Below, piece after piece: positions 1-12,491 of a DNA stretch of 64,000 bases. Within the stretch, counting starts at the first letter, position 1. Each line of letters starts with the position of its first letter. The DNA comes from Gordius albopunctatus (taxonomy: Eukaryota): assembly GCA_964276515.1 (NCBI GenBank), contig OZ193909.1, forward strand, positions 13,826,001 to 13,890,000. Direction: 5' to 3'. The notes under the pieces are model-generated. The model was not told where the DNA came from and did no database searches. It was given only the letters and a program-made list of their open reading frames with translations. A program made the position numbers and the translations under genes.

Positions 1-121
1 CAAGTGTGTTATGAATCACCCACTATTCGTTTACTTACATAATGCAAATATCATCCTAGATTTATAACTCTCTTATTAATTCGACCTTTAAAATTCTGGT
101 AAAACTCATCTTCTTTATTAA

Positions 122-415
122 TTATTTGGTCCCACAGTCGTGGGTTTTGTTTTGATGAGTTTCTTCTATCTTGATTGGTTAAATTCCATACCTTTAATAA
201 TCTCTTTTGTTTTCATAACTTTATCGACTTGCCCTTTCCACGTGACATGAGGTCGCCCTATTCCTCTTTCCCCGCTATCTCCATCTCCAGTAATTTTCGA
301 TCTAAATCATTCATGTCCCTTCTTAGTATATGCCCATACCACCTTAGACGATTTTCATTAAACATGTACGCACCCATTTTTGGCATGAGAAATTCATTCG
401 TCACAAGGTCAAGCT
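122..415 (-). mobile_element. RTE-clade LINE 3' fragment (degraded)
   Basis: Reverse complement aligns by eye with the 3' end of the RTE ORF at ~61390-61698 (ENRLRWYGHILRR...KTKPTTVGPNN). Confidence 0.85.
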
Positions 416-520
416 AGAAAACTGCACGGGTGACCCAAACCGATATCGGGTGGGGTTTGGGTTGAAAATTTTAACATGCTTTCGGGTCGGGTCGGGTTGG
501 ATTTAAAGTGTCGGGTCAAT
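415..520. mobile_element. hAT-type MITE terminus with CGGGT subterminal repeats
   Basis: tagaaaactgcacgggtgaccc... resembles tagagaccgtcacgggtgaccc at ~12776; repeated tcgggt motifs. Confidence 0.5.
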
Positions 521-1239
521 GGTTATGAATCTAAAATTGCAGAATACACGGTACATATCTTTAAAAATAGTGCTAGTATGTATAATATTTTTTAATTAAT
601 ATCTAAATTTATAATTGAAGATCATTCATTAAGTTAATTTAAATTCCTTTTGTTTTTTTTAAATCTGATTTTTTTAATTTGGACGCAACTTAAATTTGAC
701 TCGTGAAAGGTAAAATATATCAACAAAATTATATTTTTTAATTGTATTTAAATAGTGTGAAGTGTTAGTTCATTATTAATTTAAACTACATAAATGTATA
801 TTCATAAAACAAATAAGATTATGTTTAAATTTATTAAATGATTCATTTGCAAAACTTTATATTTCAAACTGAATGTGACCTGATACTGTATGCTATCATA
901 TATATATATATATGTATATATATATAATAATAATAATAAATCATGAAAATATATTTATTAATCAAAATCTGTGGAATTAATTAGTTTCATAAATCGCACT
1001 TTAATTTAATGATTAAATCATTTTTAATTTTAGCCATAATTTGATAAAATATCTAACATTTTTTAAATTAAGGGGGGCAGCCGCCCCTCCCTGCCACCCC
1101 CTGGCTACGCCCATGCACACCGAAATTTTTCTTACTCTCGCGTTGGATACCAAAATTTGAAAAACGTTCGGAAGGGATTCGGTTAAAGTTTTTTTAACAC
1201 TTTCTCAAAAAAATTACAGTTGCTAAATTGAAACTTTTT

Positions 1240-2470
1240 TAACCACAATTTGGCCAATGGTCATTTTTTTCCATTGGTTAGTACCAACATATGGTCTATA
1301 AATCAATGTTAGCCAAAAAAAACTTTGGCCAATGATCATTTATTTCCATTGGTTAGTACCGACAGAAATGTTAGCCAAAAAAACGAAAAAAAAATTAAAC
1401 CACACTTTTGCCAATGGTCATTTTTTACCATTGGTCAGTACCGACAAATGGTCTATAAATCAATGTTAGCCAAAAAAAACGAAAAAAAATTATACCACAC
1501 TTTGGCCAATGATCATTTTTTCCATTGGTTAGTACCAACAGAAATGTTAGCCAAAAAAACAAAAAAAAAATTCGATTCACCCTTTGGTCAATGGTCAATT
1601 TTTTTATTGGTCAGCAGCCAGCGGACGGACAAAAAGCCATATTATCAATGGTATTAACAGGAACAATATATTATTTAAAGTTAAAAAAAATTTGGCCTCT
1701 CCGGGATTCGAACCCCACATCTGGAGAGGCATATGCCTTTGTAGGGAGGGGGGCACAGGGACCCATATCAATAGAGGCATAGGCCCTTCTAGGGGAGGGC
1801 ATAGGGTAATTATCAATCTTATTCAAAAAAACGAAAAAAAATTTCGATTCACACTTTGGCCAATGGTCATTTTTTCATTTGGTTAGTACCAACAGAAATG
1901 TTAGCCAAAAAAACAAAAAAAAAATTCGATTCACACTTTGGTCAATGGTCAATTTTTTTATTGGTCAGCAGCCAGCGGACGGACAAAAAGCCATATTATC
2001 AATGGTATTAACAGGAACAATATATTATTTAAAGTAAAAAAAAATTTGGCCTCTCCGGGATTCGAACCCCACATCTGGAGAGGCATATGCCTTTGTAGGG
2101 AGGGGGGCACAGGGACCCATATCAATAGAGGCATAGGCCCTTCTAGGGGAGGGCATAGGGTAATTATCAATCTTAGTCAAAAAAACGAAAAAAAATTTCG
2201 ATTCACACTTTGGCCAATGGTCATTTTTTCATTTGTCAGCAGCCAGCGGACGGTCAAAAAGCCATATTATCAATGGTATTAACAGGAACAATCATAAGAG
2301 CAAAAAAACAAAAAATAATTTCGATTCACACTTTGACCAACGGTCATTTTTTCATTGGTCAGCAGCCAGTGGACGGCCAAGAAGTCATATTATCAATGGT
2401 ATTAACAGGAACAATAAATTAAAAAAAAAATTTGGCCTCTCTTTGATTCGAACCCCACATCTGGAGAGCA
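1240..2470. repeat. Modular tandem repeat including two near-identical 354-bp units
   Basis: Recurring ttcgattcacactttggccaatggtcatttt module; the ORFs at 1584 and 1938 are near-identical and 354 bp apart; an inverted relative lies at 8620-9370. Confidence 0.9.
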
Positions 2471-2479
2471 TAAGCAGTG

Positions 2480-2740
2480 TTGCAAGAAATTTTTTAAAGG
2501 CCTTTAGGTATAAATAAATAATCTACATTTTATATTTTTAAACAAATTATAGGTTATTTGAGAAAGTATCTGAAGATGAGGAAGATGAAATTGTGTCATT
2601 TTCATTAAATGAAATATTTGAACATCAAAGTAGGCAGGAAAATTTTATTTACCTACCAAAACATCACTCTTGTGCATGCCACAATCTTAATTTAGTGGCA
2701 AGTGTCGATGCTGAAAAGGCACTAGAAATTCCATCTTTTT
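2480..2740 (+). mobile_element. hAT transposase fragment with a 45-nt intron
   Basis: NFLKAFR|LFEKVSEDEE...HHSCACHNLNLVA (CxxH-LNL hAT motif); GT-AG intron 2508-2552 joins the frames. Confidence 0.65.
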
Positions 2741-2752
2741 ATTCTAAGGGGG

Positions 2753-2945
2753 TGTTATTAGCTAGTTGTTATTGTCATCATCATCAACGCGGTGTGTGCT
2801 GTTGTTGTGCCTGCAGTGAAGTCAAACTTGTTAATTTCTAACTCTAAGCTATCCTATCTATAAAGTGTACTAATATTAAATTAAAGACTTTGCTAAGCTA
2901 ATACGAAACGATTACCGGACAGGACATTCAACTTTCATTATAACA
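2753..2945 (+). mobile_element. Probable isolated 3' LTR
   Basis: TGTTAT...ATAACA termini, immediately preceded by the purine tract aaggggg. Confidence 0.5.
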
Positions 2946-3949
2946 ATTAGGCCAGGGGCGTACGCAGGGTTGTATAATTTTTTTTTTTTGGGGAGGGGGG
3001 GGGGGTAAGGGGAAGGGAGGGTTACAATATCAAATAAACTGTATCTAAGCTTGGTGTTTTTGTTATGCCCCTCCAAAAATATAATGTTCTTAAGCCCTTG
3101 TAATTATTACACAAATTATAAATTATTTTTATCTTTCGACTAATTTTTATCTGTAACAAGTAAAAGCACAACAAACATTCGATTAAAAAAAATATTTTTA
3201 TCCAAAAAATAGTTACAAAACAAATTTAACCATGAAAATTTTATAACCCCCTCCTTTAAAAAATTCTTCTTATGTTTCTAGGTTTTTATAAGTGTCTTAA
3301 AGTCTTTGATGTAACTAAACTATAATATTTTAACCCATTTAATTTAGTTATTAATCAAAAAACTTCTCAGGAATTTCCCGTCCCCGTCCCACTCATTAAA
3401 AAGTAAATAGTACAAAAAACTATTTACCCCCTCATGCCTTATTTGTTTCATCAATATGATAGTTAATGTGAATAATATAATGTAATGCCAAATGTGGCGG
3501 TTCTATTTTCTACAATTTAGGACCATGGGGGAGGGAATTAGTAAAAAAGGGGGACCTTACACTAGGCAAGCGCGTATTACGATGGACCTTTATAAGGGTG
3601 TGGCTTCTTAGTCTCTTTCTTTCTATTAAGGCGTGGGTGTAAAATGGTGCGTCGCATAACATTACTAGGCATAAGCCTGTGTGAGATGCGGGCGCGGACA
3701 TGACGGTGCGTGACACGTTCGGTGCGCGTTCGGCGTGACATCGGAAAATGGAAAGTGAGCTCATAAATTGCATAGCAATTAATAAAAATGAACCAGGAAA
3801 ATATTTGCTTGCAAATTGTTCAACCCAACATGACTTTTTATCAGCTTCTATACGACAGGACCGGATTAAACCTACTTGGTTAGATTTTATTTAGCTTTCA
3901 AAGTCGGAAAGGATCTAAGAGGAGTGCATTTACATTTTTATTAATTCTA

Positions 3950-4251
3950 AAAATAATGATGGGTCTTTAGACTTGGTAAACTAATATTCAGTAAAAAGGG
4001 ACAAGCTTATTAGACGACAATATAGAATATAAATTTTTATTGAGATCGAATTCTTATATGTGATTAAATATGTTCATAAAAATAGTTTTTTATAATTTAC
4101 CTAAGTAACTTTTAATGTAACTAGTTCCATTAGGTAAGTAACAGGAAATGTATTTAGTTTCTTTTAAGAAAATGTAACCGCATCTAGTTACATTTTATTT
4201 CGATAACTCTAACTTAACTAGTTACTAAGGAAAAGTAACTTTGACAGCTCT
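3950..4251. mobile_element. hAT-type MITE end with AGTAAC/GTTAC subterminal repeats
   Basis: Ends in cagctcta; similar to 11470-11740 and 23447-23710. Confidence 0.55.
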
Positions 4252-4254
4252 ACT

Positions 4255-5470
4255 CCTGAAAGAGTTTGACTATACTTATGTTTGGCTCAATATCGGGAGG
4301 GGAATCTTCGTCATTTGCAATATTCATAAATTCCTTAAAATATTTTTTCCATTTCTTCATTCGGTTTGAATAAGGCTTGACCTTTATTGTTTTTGACTAT
4401 TTTAAGAACTCCGACTTGGCAACTTTTCTTCGCCCTTATAATGGCCAATTTGTACATAAGCCTGTCGTCCCCTTTATGGTCCAATTTGTTTGTCATCTCG
4501 GTGTACGCGGCATTCTTTGCTATTAACGGCCTTTTTTGTGGCTCACTTCCTATAATCTTAATAAGCGAGACCGGGGCTACTTTAGCCATAAAAAATTAAA
4601 TCGCGTTCTAAAAACAACTAAAAATCATTTTTCCAATTTTTTTTGTTGGAATATATTTTTAATGTCTATTTTTACAATAGGAAAAAAATTTGGGGGGAAA
4701 TGAATAATAGTTTTCACACAGACTAAGTTTAAAAAAACAAAAATCCAAAAAATTTGTATTTTCTATAAAACAAATAAAAAAGAATCAGGATGACAATTTG
4801 ACTTAAGAACACTTAAAAGACGGATATAGCAATAGAAAAAAATTTTTAGGCGTTTTATAATGTATAATCACAGTCTATTTCTATTCCAAATAACACTAAG
4901 TTAGATTATTAAACAAAATTTATTGTTTTATTTAAATCTTGTCAATTGTAAAACACAATGAAAAATGGCTAGCAATAGCCCCTCTCCAACTAGCCCCGAC
5001 CCCTATTTTCCTAAACAATTAATAATTTAAGATGTTATATTGCATATAAAAATTTAATCATTAGACGGTTTTTATATAAAAAATCTCACTTTATAAGATA
5101 AAAGTTAAATTAATCCAAAATATTCAGCCAAAAAATTTTATGTGCAAACTAAAAAACTTTGTAAAGGCTACTAATAGCTGCGAAACTTCGTTTTTTCTCA
5201 ATAAAAATTTTAAATTATATATTTTCCAAACAAAATTATTTTACTTATGCCTTATGGAAAAATCCACACATAATTTAAATTATAATTATATATAATTATT
5301 ATTGTAAAAGATAATTAAAAAGATAATAGTAACCCCGGGCTACGACTAGCCCCGGTTTCCTATAATCCTGAGACATTTTTGATATAGCAACCATCCATAT
5401 AAATTTTTCTTTTTTTCGATAAAATCCCCAAGCGATTTCTACTACCTAATTCCCTATTTATAACTTTGCC
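4255..5470 (-). mobile_element. RTE LINE fragment split by a MITE
   Basis: 4255-4560 encodes KNAAYTEMTNKLDHKGDDRLMYKL, matching the RTE at 59815; the homology resumes at ~5362-5470. Confidence 0.75.
4564..5360. mobile_element. TA-flanked MITE with gagaccggggcta / tagccccggtttc TIRs
   Basis: Imperfect terminal inverted repeats; interrupts the colinear RTE sequence. Confidence 0.6.
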
Positions 5471-6266
5471 TGCTATGGTCTGTCCTAGAACCCGAATCGC
5501 TGATTCAAGTAAAAATATTAATTAATTTTTTTGATTTCGCTTAAGATTTGACTCAACCTTTAGTCTAGAGTGTATTTAAAAATTTAGGTTCTTAGTGTAC
5601 TTATACAAATGATTCTGCAATACCACTACCTATAATGAATTCTTAAGACTGTAATATTTCTATATTGTAAAATAGAAGCTTCCTATTAGAGTTGCCAAAT
5701 TGCTAACTTGCTTCAACTCGAGACGCGAGCACGCACACTGAGTTGTTTAATAAGGGCGTTAGCACAATCTATGCTTGCTATTCGGTGCACTATGCATAAC
5801 AGTAGTCGAGAGGCGAGTCGAAACAGCAAAATCTGTTCAAGTAGTGAGCAGAATGCCCAAACAGAAACTTGAGCAGATAGCGGATTTATTAGAAGCAATT
5901 GCTACGAGTTTTTAACTTTAAAAATTTGCTGATATTATATATCATAAATAAATTAAGAACCCCCCCCCCCTTTATCCTCTCATTTACCCAGAGAGGGGGT
6001 AGGGAACTAAACGGTGTTAAACTTAAATAAATAAAAGCACTAAATATAATTTTGAAGTTTTTCGTTTTTTAATTTTATTAACAAAAATAAAACAATTTTG
6101 AACACGAGGAATAAATATATAAGCATTGGTTCGACAAACAAGTTTACAAAAGTATTCTATTTATTTGATAAATGATTATGAAATAAAAGAGGTTCACAAA
6201 ATTGCTTTGGGAGAGGTAATAAATATTGCTCATGTATCTACAAAAGTATGTGTAAAAGAAAACAAT

Positions 6267-7518
6267 TTAATATTTGGCGTGATCTATTCCTGACAAATTG
6301 GTGTCTTTTATATGAATTTCTTGGCTATCAGACTTAGTGTAATCTGGACTGAGTACTGTAAGCGAAGTTGACGTAGACGAAAAACTCTTTAAGTTGCTGT
6401 ATATGGCATGAGAAACATTTGAAATATTCTTGGTTAAGCTAAATTGGCCTTGGTAATTATTTTTAATAATTAACAAAGGATTGATCCATCGGATACAAGA
6501 AAACCACAAAGCTACCCAGTGAAACAATCTTTTTTGCTGACTTTGATTCAAGTGGTATTTTTGAAAGCTTATCACAAATTGAAGTCCAAATAAGGGAAAA
6601 TAACATAAGGCGTAACAGATAAGTAAGGTCCAAAGCAGTTTGATAGCTTTGCTTTTATCCTTGGACGATGAGGTATTGCTTAACAAACCTTCTGAAACAC
6701 GCTGACACCTTTTTAACCACCAAATAACTATTCCATACAATATCAACGATAGTGTGTAAGGGATAACGATACCTGTTTAATCAATAAACGTAGTATTAAT
6801 AGCTAGGAAAATTTAGAGCATAAGTGTAAAGTTTATTTAGCATTATGAAACATATTTGTAACCTATAGTCGTTAGCCAGATGAGATAAATGCGCGTCACA
6901 TGATTGCCGGAAAAACAAAACGGCTGATTTAAAGATGTGCTCTTCCACATAGCAAATCTTACGACGAGAAAAATCAATGGAAGTAGTATTATCACTCCAA
7001 GCATTATAATAATGCCACGAATCGTATTTGATTTTTGATATGTGTATGTCATAGCCCTAACGATTGCCCTAAAACGATCTATAGCTAAGGCTAGCATACT
7101 GAAAGAACTCAAATATAAGGAAATTTCTTCTATGATATTTAAGACGGCTTCTTCCCGACACAAAATCATCGCCTCCCGGCTAGTGAGTTCTTTGCTTACA
7201 AAAAATGAGGTGTGAATTATTATAGGGATACACAAACAACCTCCCATTAAATCGCCTATAGATCTAAGCGTAAAAAAAACATTTGACGGGAAAGATAAAA
7301 TTTTTAGCAAATTTGGTTGAAGATCGTTCAGAACTAGAGGGAATCTGATAGGTCAAATTTTTAGATGAATCGCTTTTAGGTCTGTTCATAATGTATAATA
7401 GGTAAATGTTGCTTGACGCAGCTAGCAGGACTTGCATAATATATAACGGAACGAATACTTTCTCATCTGCAACAAATTCATCAATGCCATGCTTGTAAAT
7501 ATTTTGTTGGGAATCCAT
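6267..7518 (-). pseudogene. Rhodopsin-class (class A) GPCR, 2 exons, frameshifted between TM1 and TM2
   Basis: TM1 in ORF 7264-7518; SNVFF..GDL (TM2), LAIDRF (TM3), a 90-nt phase-1 intron 6773-6862, GIVIP (TM5), CYFP (TM6), WINPLL (TM7); frame change near 7310-7340. Confidence 0.8.
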
Positions 7519-7745
7519 GTATTAGTTTTAAAGTGATTAAGTGAAGGATGAAACGAAAGAAATTTCACATTTAAATAAACCTATAAGAAAAAAATTATAA
7601 AATAATAGTTTTCAAATCTAAATTTATCGAATTAATGACGAGTGGGATAAATTATAAATAATTAAGTAGTAATTTGAACCAGTTAGTTGACGTAGATTGA
7701 GCTTTTTAAGAATTGCCACGCAACTCATTAATTTACTATTTGACA

Positions 7746-8620
7746 GGATTATAATACGTTGGTGAATGACAAGGCAATTTTTTGACAAATTCTATACTCA
7801 GGACTCACTAATATAAAATTCATTAGTAACATCAAGTTAATACATTATTAATTGATATGCTATGCAATTTATGGGCTCACTTTCCATTTTCCGATGTCTT
7901 GTCACGCACCGAATGTCACGCACCGAATGTCTTTTCACGCCCCTACACCGTTCTGGACCAATTAGATAAAATAAAAACCGAATAGATATTTTATTGGTTT
8001 AAAATTCCGTTTACAGGAGTTTAAGGATATTAAAAAGCGATCACATGAAATTAACAGATAAAAAGTTTTAAGATATTTTTCCAATAAAGATTTGATTCGA
8101 GCTATGCACGAGCCTCCCTATACCAAAGCAATTCTAGCTACGAAATCATTCAAAATAATTTCTCTTGACTAAATTAATATTAATCTGCATGGACGTAGCT
8201 AGGGAGCTGCAGAGAGGGGCGCCTGCCTCTCTCCGAATTGAAAAATTCTTTCTAATTTCTTAAAAAGAAAATTATGCCTAAATTTCAAAAACATTATTTT
8301 TCGCCTCTAATTTAAATGCTGAATACGCCCATGTTAATTTGAAAAAATATAACGTTTGTGTTGACTACATAGCTTTTCAAATCCCAGCCTCTTCTCTTTA
8401 TTTATGAGGATTATAATTCGTTCGGTCAATATAAAGGCAATTTTTTGACAAATTCTATACTCAGGTCTCATTAATATAAAATTCATTAGTAACATCAAGT
8501 TAATACATTATTAATTGCTATGCTATGCAATTTATGGGCTCACTTTCCATTTTCCGATGTCTTGACACGCACCCAATGCACGCACCGAATGTCACGCACC
8601 GAATGTCTTGTCACGCCCCT
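7746..8620. repeat. Two direct copies (~7746-7944 and ~8408-8620) of a DNA-transposon end; inverted copy at ~3690-3786
   Basis: Shared gctatgcaatttatgggctcactttccattttccgatgtc...cacgcaccgaatgt...cacgccccta. Confidence 0.8.
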
Positions 8621-9370
8621 AAAAAGGCCTGCGCCTGATATTGAATACCGGGGAGCCCAAATTTTTATATTTTTGTGTTAATACCATAGATAATATGGCT
8701 TTTTGGCCATCCGCTGGCTGCTGAGCCTTTAAAAAAATGACCATTGGCCAAAGTGTGAATCGAATTTTTTTTCCCTCTTTTTGGCTAACATTGATAATTA
8801 CTCTGTGCCCCCCCCTACAAGAGCTTATGCCTCTACTGATATGGATCCCTGTAGCCCCTTCCCTACAAAAGCCTATGTCTTTACTGATGTGGGTTCGAAT
8901 CCCGGTAGGGCAAATTCTTAATTGCTGGCTTGATACCCGGAAAGGGCCAATTTTTTTTAAATTTTTTTTAAAATTAATATATTGTAATATGGCTTTTTGG
9001 CCGTCCGTTGGCTGCTGACCAATGAAAAAATGACCTTTAGCCAAAATGTGAATCGAAATTTTTTATTCGTTTTTATTTTTGACTCTTATGTATTTATCTC
9101 CTTTTTTAGCGTGTCCGGGCTGCTGGCCAATGAGTAAAATTACCATTTGCCAAAATGTGAATAGATTTTTTTTTGTTTTTTTTACTCGTATGATTGTTCT
9201 TGTTAATACCATTGATAATATAACTTTTTAGCCGTCCGCTGGCTGCTGACCAATGAAAAAAAATGAACATTGTCCAAAATTTGAAGCGAATTTTTTTTTG
9301 CGTTTTTTTGACTCTTATGTATTTATATCAACTTGTACCGTGTCCTAACTGCTGACCAATAAAAATCGCT
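8620..9370. repeat. Inverted, diverged copy of the 1240-2470 modular repeat
   Basis: Reverse-complement modules such as aaaatgaccattggccaaagtgtgaatcgaa and ccgtccgctggctgctgaccaat. Confidence 0.85.
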
Positions 9371-9431
9371 GACCTTTTTTTATTGTTCTCCATTAATAAA
9401 GTAAGTTTTTTAATTTTATTATTTATTAATT

Positions 9432-9590
9432 ACTAGATGAACCCGGCAAACGTTGTTTTGCCATTTACCCGGGGGGTGTATTAAATTATGTTGGAATTTT
9501 AGGGCATATATGATGATAAAGCGGTTATTAAAGTAAAAATAAAGTTTGATGTCTATATGTTCTACTTTTATTGTTCTATTTCCTATAATA
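9432..9590 (+). mobile_element. Helitron/Helentron-like non-autonomous element end
   Basis: actagatgaacccggcaaacgttgttttgcc terminus; a second inverted copy at ~13950-14898 is split by a hAT element. Confidence 0.5.
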
Positions 9591-9959
9591 TATTAAGAAT
9601 ATATTAAATATAATTGGTAAGTGTTTATTATGCAAAAACCTTTAAACAAATAGTTAAAGAGGGTCCAAGGCCCAGTCCCCCCCCCCAAGAGAGAAAACCT
9701 GTGCCCATGCCCCCCCCCACCCCCAAGGAAAAAATCTTTGGCCCCCTGGCCCTTCAAGCAATTTTTTTTAATTTTTTGTAATTAAGAAACAATATCATAA
9801 TTATAATTATTTGTTTCTGAATAAAACTTTTAATTCTTAACTTAATAATGTCCGAAGAACTGAGATATATCAACATTTATTGGCACTTTGTTAAAAGTAT
9901 TTTCATTTTTCTCCTTATTTAACGCGCAAAAAATGATAAAATGAGATTTTTTCATTTAT

Positions 9960-10530
9960 AAGGTTGAGGAAAAAGTTCGTAGAGTTTTTATCAAAGTCTT
10001 TTATTTAACGATAATTTATTGTTATAATCAATAACTTATTCAATGATATATTCGCCGTTTCTGTTTAGGACCTCCTCTCACCTTTTGACCAATTTTTCGA
10101 TGCCATTACGCCAAAAATCGACCGGTCTGGTATCGAAGAAGTTGTTGAGCCAGTTTATAATGCCCTCTACATAGTCCAAGGTAACGCACCTCATATGGTT
10201 CGAGAGAGAGCGGAAAAGATGGTAATCCGTCGGTGCCAGGTCCGGAAAATATGGTGGATGCTGAAGGACCTCCCATTCAAGCTCTTAGAGTGCGGCTTTT
10301 AGGACTTGAGCAACGTGGGGCCTTGCCTTGTCCTGAAGGAGTATGGTCTGGCCTTGTCGATGGGGTCTTTTGAGTAGAATAGCGTCATTCACGCGGTGTA
10401 GCTGGGATATATAGAGCTCCTTGTTGACAGTGGCATTCCTTTCCAGAATTTCCCAATGCAGAATGCCCTCCCAGTCCCACCAAAGGCAGATCATTGCCTT
10501 TTTTGGATGGAGGTCAGGATTGATCCTCGG
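9960..10530 (-). mobile_element. mariner transposase 3' portion with TIR (degraded)
   Basis: MICLWWDWEGILHWEIL, QDKARPH and HPPYFPDLAPTDYHLFRSL motifs; in-frame stop; TA followed by a TIR-like sequence at ~9960. Confidence 0.9.
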
Positions 10531-10919
10531 CTTTGGAGTCGCTCCAGGAGCGACGAATTCCGAGGGCCTTCCGCTACGGGGCTTGTCAGCGATGTCTTGA
10601 TTCGTCGCAAGCCCATTATTATATTAATAAAAATAAAAAAACTCGCCTCCTAAAAATTTCTAATTCACAAAACTATATCCTTTATCCTTAACCCATAGAT
10701 ATCCTTATTCTCCCTTATTAAATACCCTTCTTTCAATAGCTTAAACACTGGCGTTAGGTTTTGGCATTAATAATATTATTTGCTATGCAATTATGGCGAT
10801 TCCAACATAAATTGCATAGCAAATATGCTTTGTTTATACGTAGTATAAAATAGTAATAGATGTGTATAATTATGAAGATTTGAAGCAAAAAAATATTTGA
10901 AGCAGCGACTCTACTTTAT

Positions 10920-11898
10920 TTTTGTATAATTATACATATGCTTTAATAACACAGTTGACACTTGGCATTTCATCGAGAAATCAAAATAGACGGACATCTG
11001 TTAGCGATTCAGGATAATATATCAAATACATCTCAAATATTTTATACCGGATTCATTCCCACTTTTATTTTTAGCAAATTGAAACGTTGATTGTTAGCTT
11101 TGTACCACTTTTTTGTTACCATGAATACGTTTAATTTGTTTATTACTATTTTCTTATCGCGTCTCTTGTTTAAAATATGATTTGTGAATTAATTGTAAAA
11201 TATCAAATCGTAGTTAATGGGCAATAAATTGGAATTAAATTTATGTATTTATTTGTTACTCTTATTTGCAACTTTTTTGTGTAGGTATTAAACCCAATTA
11301 AGTTTGAAATAAAGAATTATAAACCCTTCAGAAGCCGTCCTCTTAATTTATTCTTAGCCATAGTTAAATTTTAATGTGTTTAAAATGTTAATGTTTTTCC
11401 ATAACGCTTGATTATGTATAACTAATCCGATTGATTTTATTATGTGTGTTAAACTAATTTTTAGAGCAAAGCGAACAAGCTTATTAGACGACAATAGAAT
11501 ATGATGTTTTATAAAAATCGACCCTGTAATTTTTATTCTGATAAGTGAATAAATTATATTGAAAAAATTGTTTTTTCTCAATTTACCTGGGTAACTTTTA
11601 ATGTAACTAGTTCCATCAGGTAAGTAACTGGAATTATTTTCAGTCACTTTGAAAAAATTTAACTGTAATTGTAATTAGTTACATTTTTTTGAAAGGAACT
11701 GTAACTTAACTAGTTACTGTGGAGAAGTAACTTAACAGCTAACATTTTAATGTATCAGAAAAATGTCACATTTACATTAAACTTAGCATATATCCATTTG
11801 GCAGCCCTACTGGCATAAAATGCAAACATCAATGGAGAAAAATGCATAGTCCATACAAAGTTCAAATACATAACTAAATTTAGTATATTATGATTAGG
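10920..11898. repeat. ~1-kb segment duplicated in inverted orientation at 19496-19626 plus 23420-24250
   Basis: Near-identical reverse complement; ORFs 11354-11647 and 23533-23781 are almost the same. Confidence 0.9.
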
Positions 11899-12491
11899 CA
11901 ACACAGGATATTGATAAGACAATATAGTAACTTAGAGTGTTGTGATCTGTCTAACATCCTATTTTTAATATACTTGTTTTTCATACAAAAATGGGGTTGT
12001 GAAAAACTTTTATGAGGTTATCATTTATAAATTAGATAGGTGGATCAACCTATTTACAAGGCTTTTTAAACAAGGATTTAACTCTTTTGGCCTAAAAATT
12101 TAATCTTTTAAAACTACTACTTACTTTTTAAAAATCTCTAATATTCAACACTGTTTTAGATCAGCTTCCGCATTTTTATATACAGATATTTTAAAAGCAT
12201 GAGAATCTACAAAAGATCTCCTTGAAATAATTTTGAATCTACCTTTTGATAATACCAACTGGCTGCAGGCCACCCTTCCAACCAAATTTGGGCTTAGGAA
12301 TTAGGTCCCCAGACTATTTCCCTTGTGGCTTTTCTCTCGTCCTTTAAATCTGTGAAGGATCTTGTTTTTGAATCAACGTCCCAATCAAATGATTTTTTAA
12401 CGGAATTGGCCATATTGCCTTGGCATGAAAACGTCATACCAGGAACCAGCCTTCTAGAGTCGGCCAAACAACTAGATTGGGATGCCAGTAT

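Noticed and set aside
1695..1730. Functional tRNA gene
   Set aside because: Only a T-loop-like segment is present; no D-arm, A-box or anticodon arm can be formed.
1240..2470. CRISPR-like repeat-spacer array
   Set aside because: Eukaryotic context, the 'spacers' are themselves repeated, and no cas genes are present.
1325..2517. Repeated short ORFs (and 8619-9044) as a protein family
   Set aside because: They are translations of the tandem repeat in several frames and both strands, with no recognisable motif.
11354..11647. Duplicated small protein gene (also 23533-23781)
   Set aside because: Lies in MITE subterminal repeats, uses a non-ATG start, and one copy has an earlier stop.
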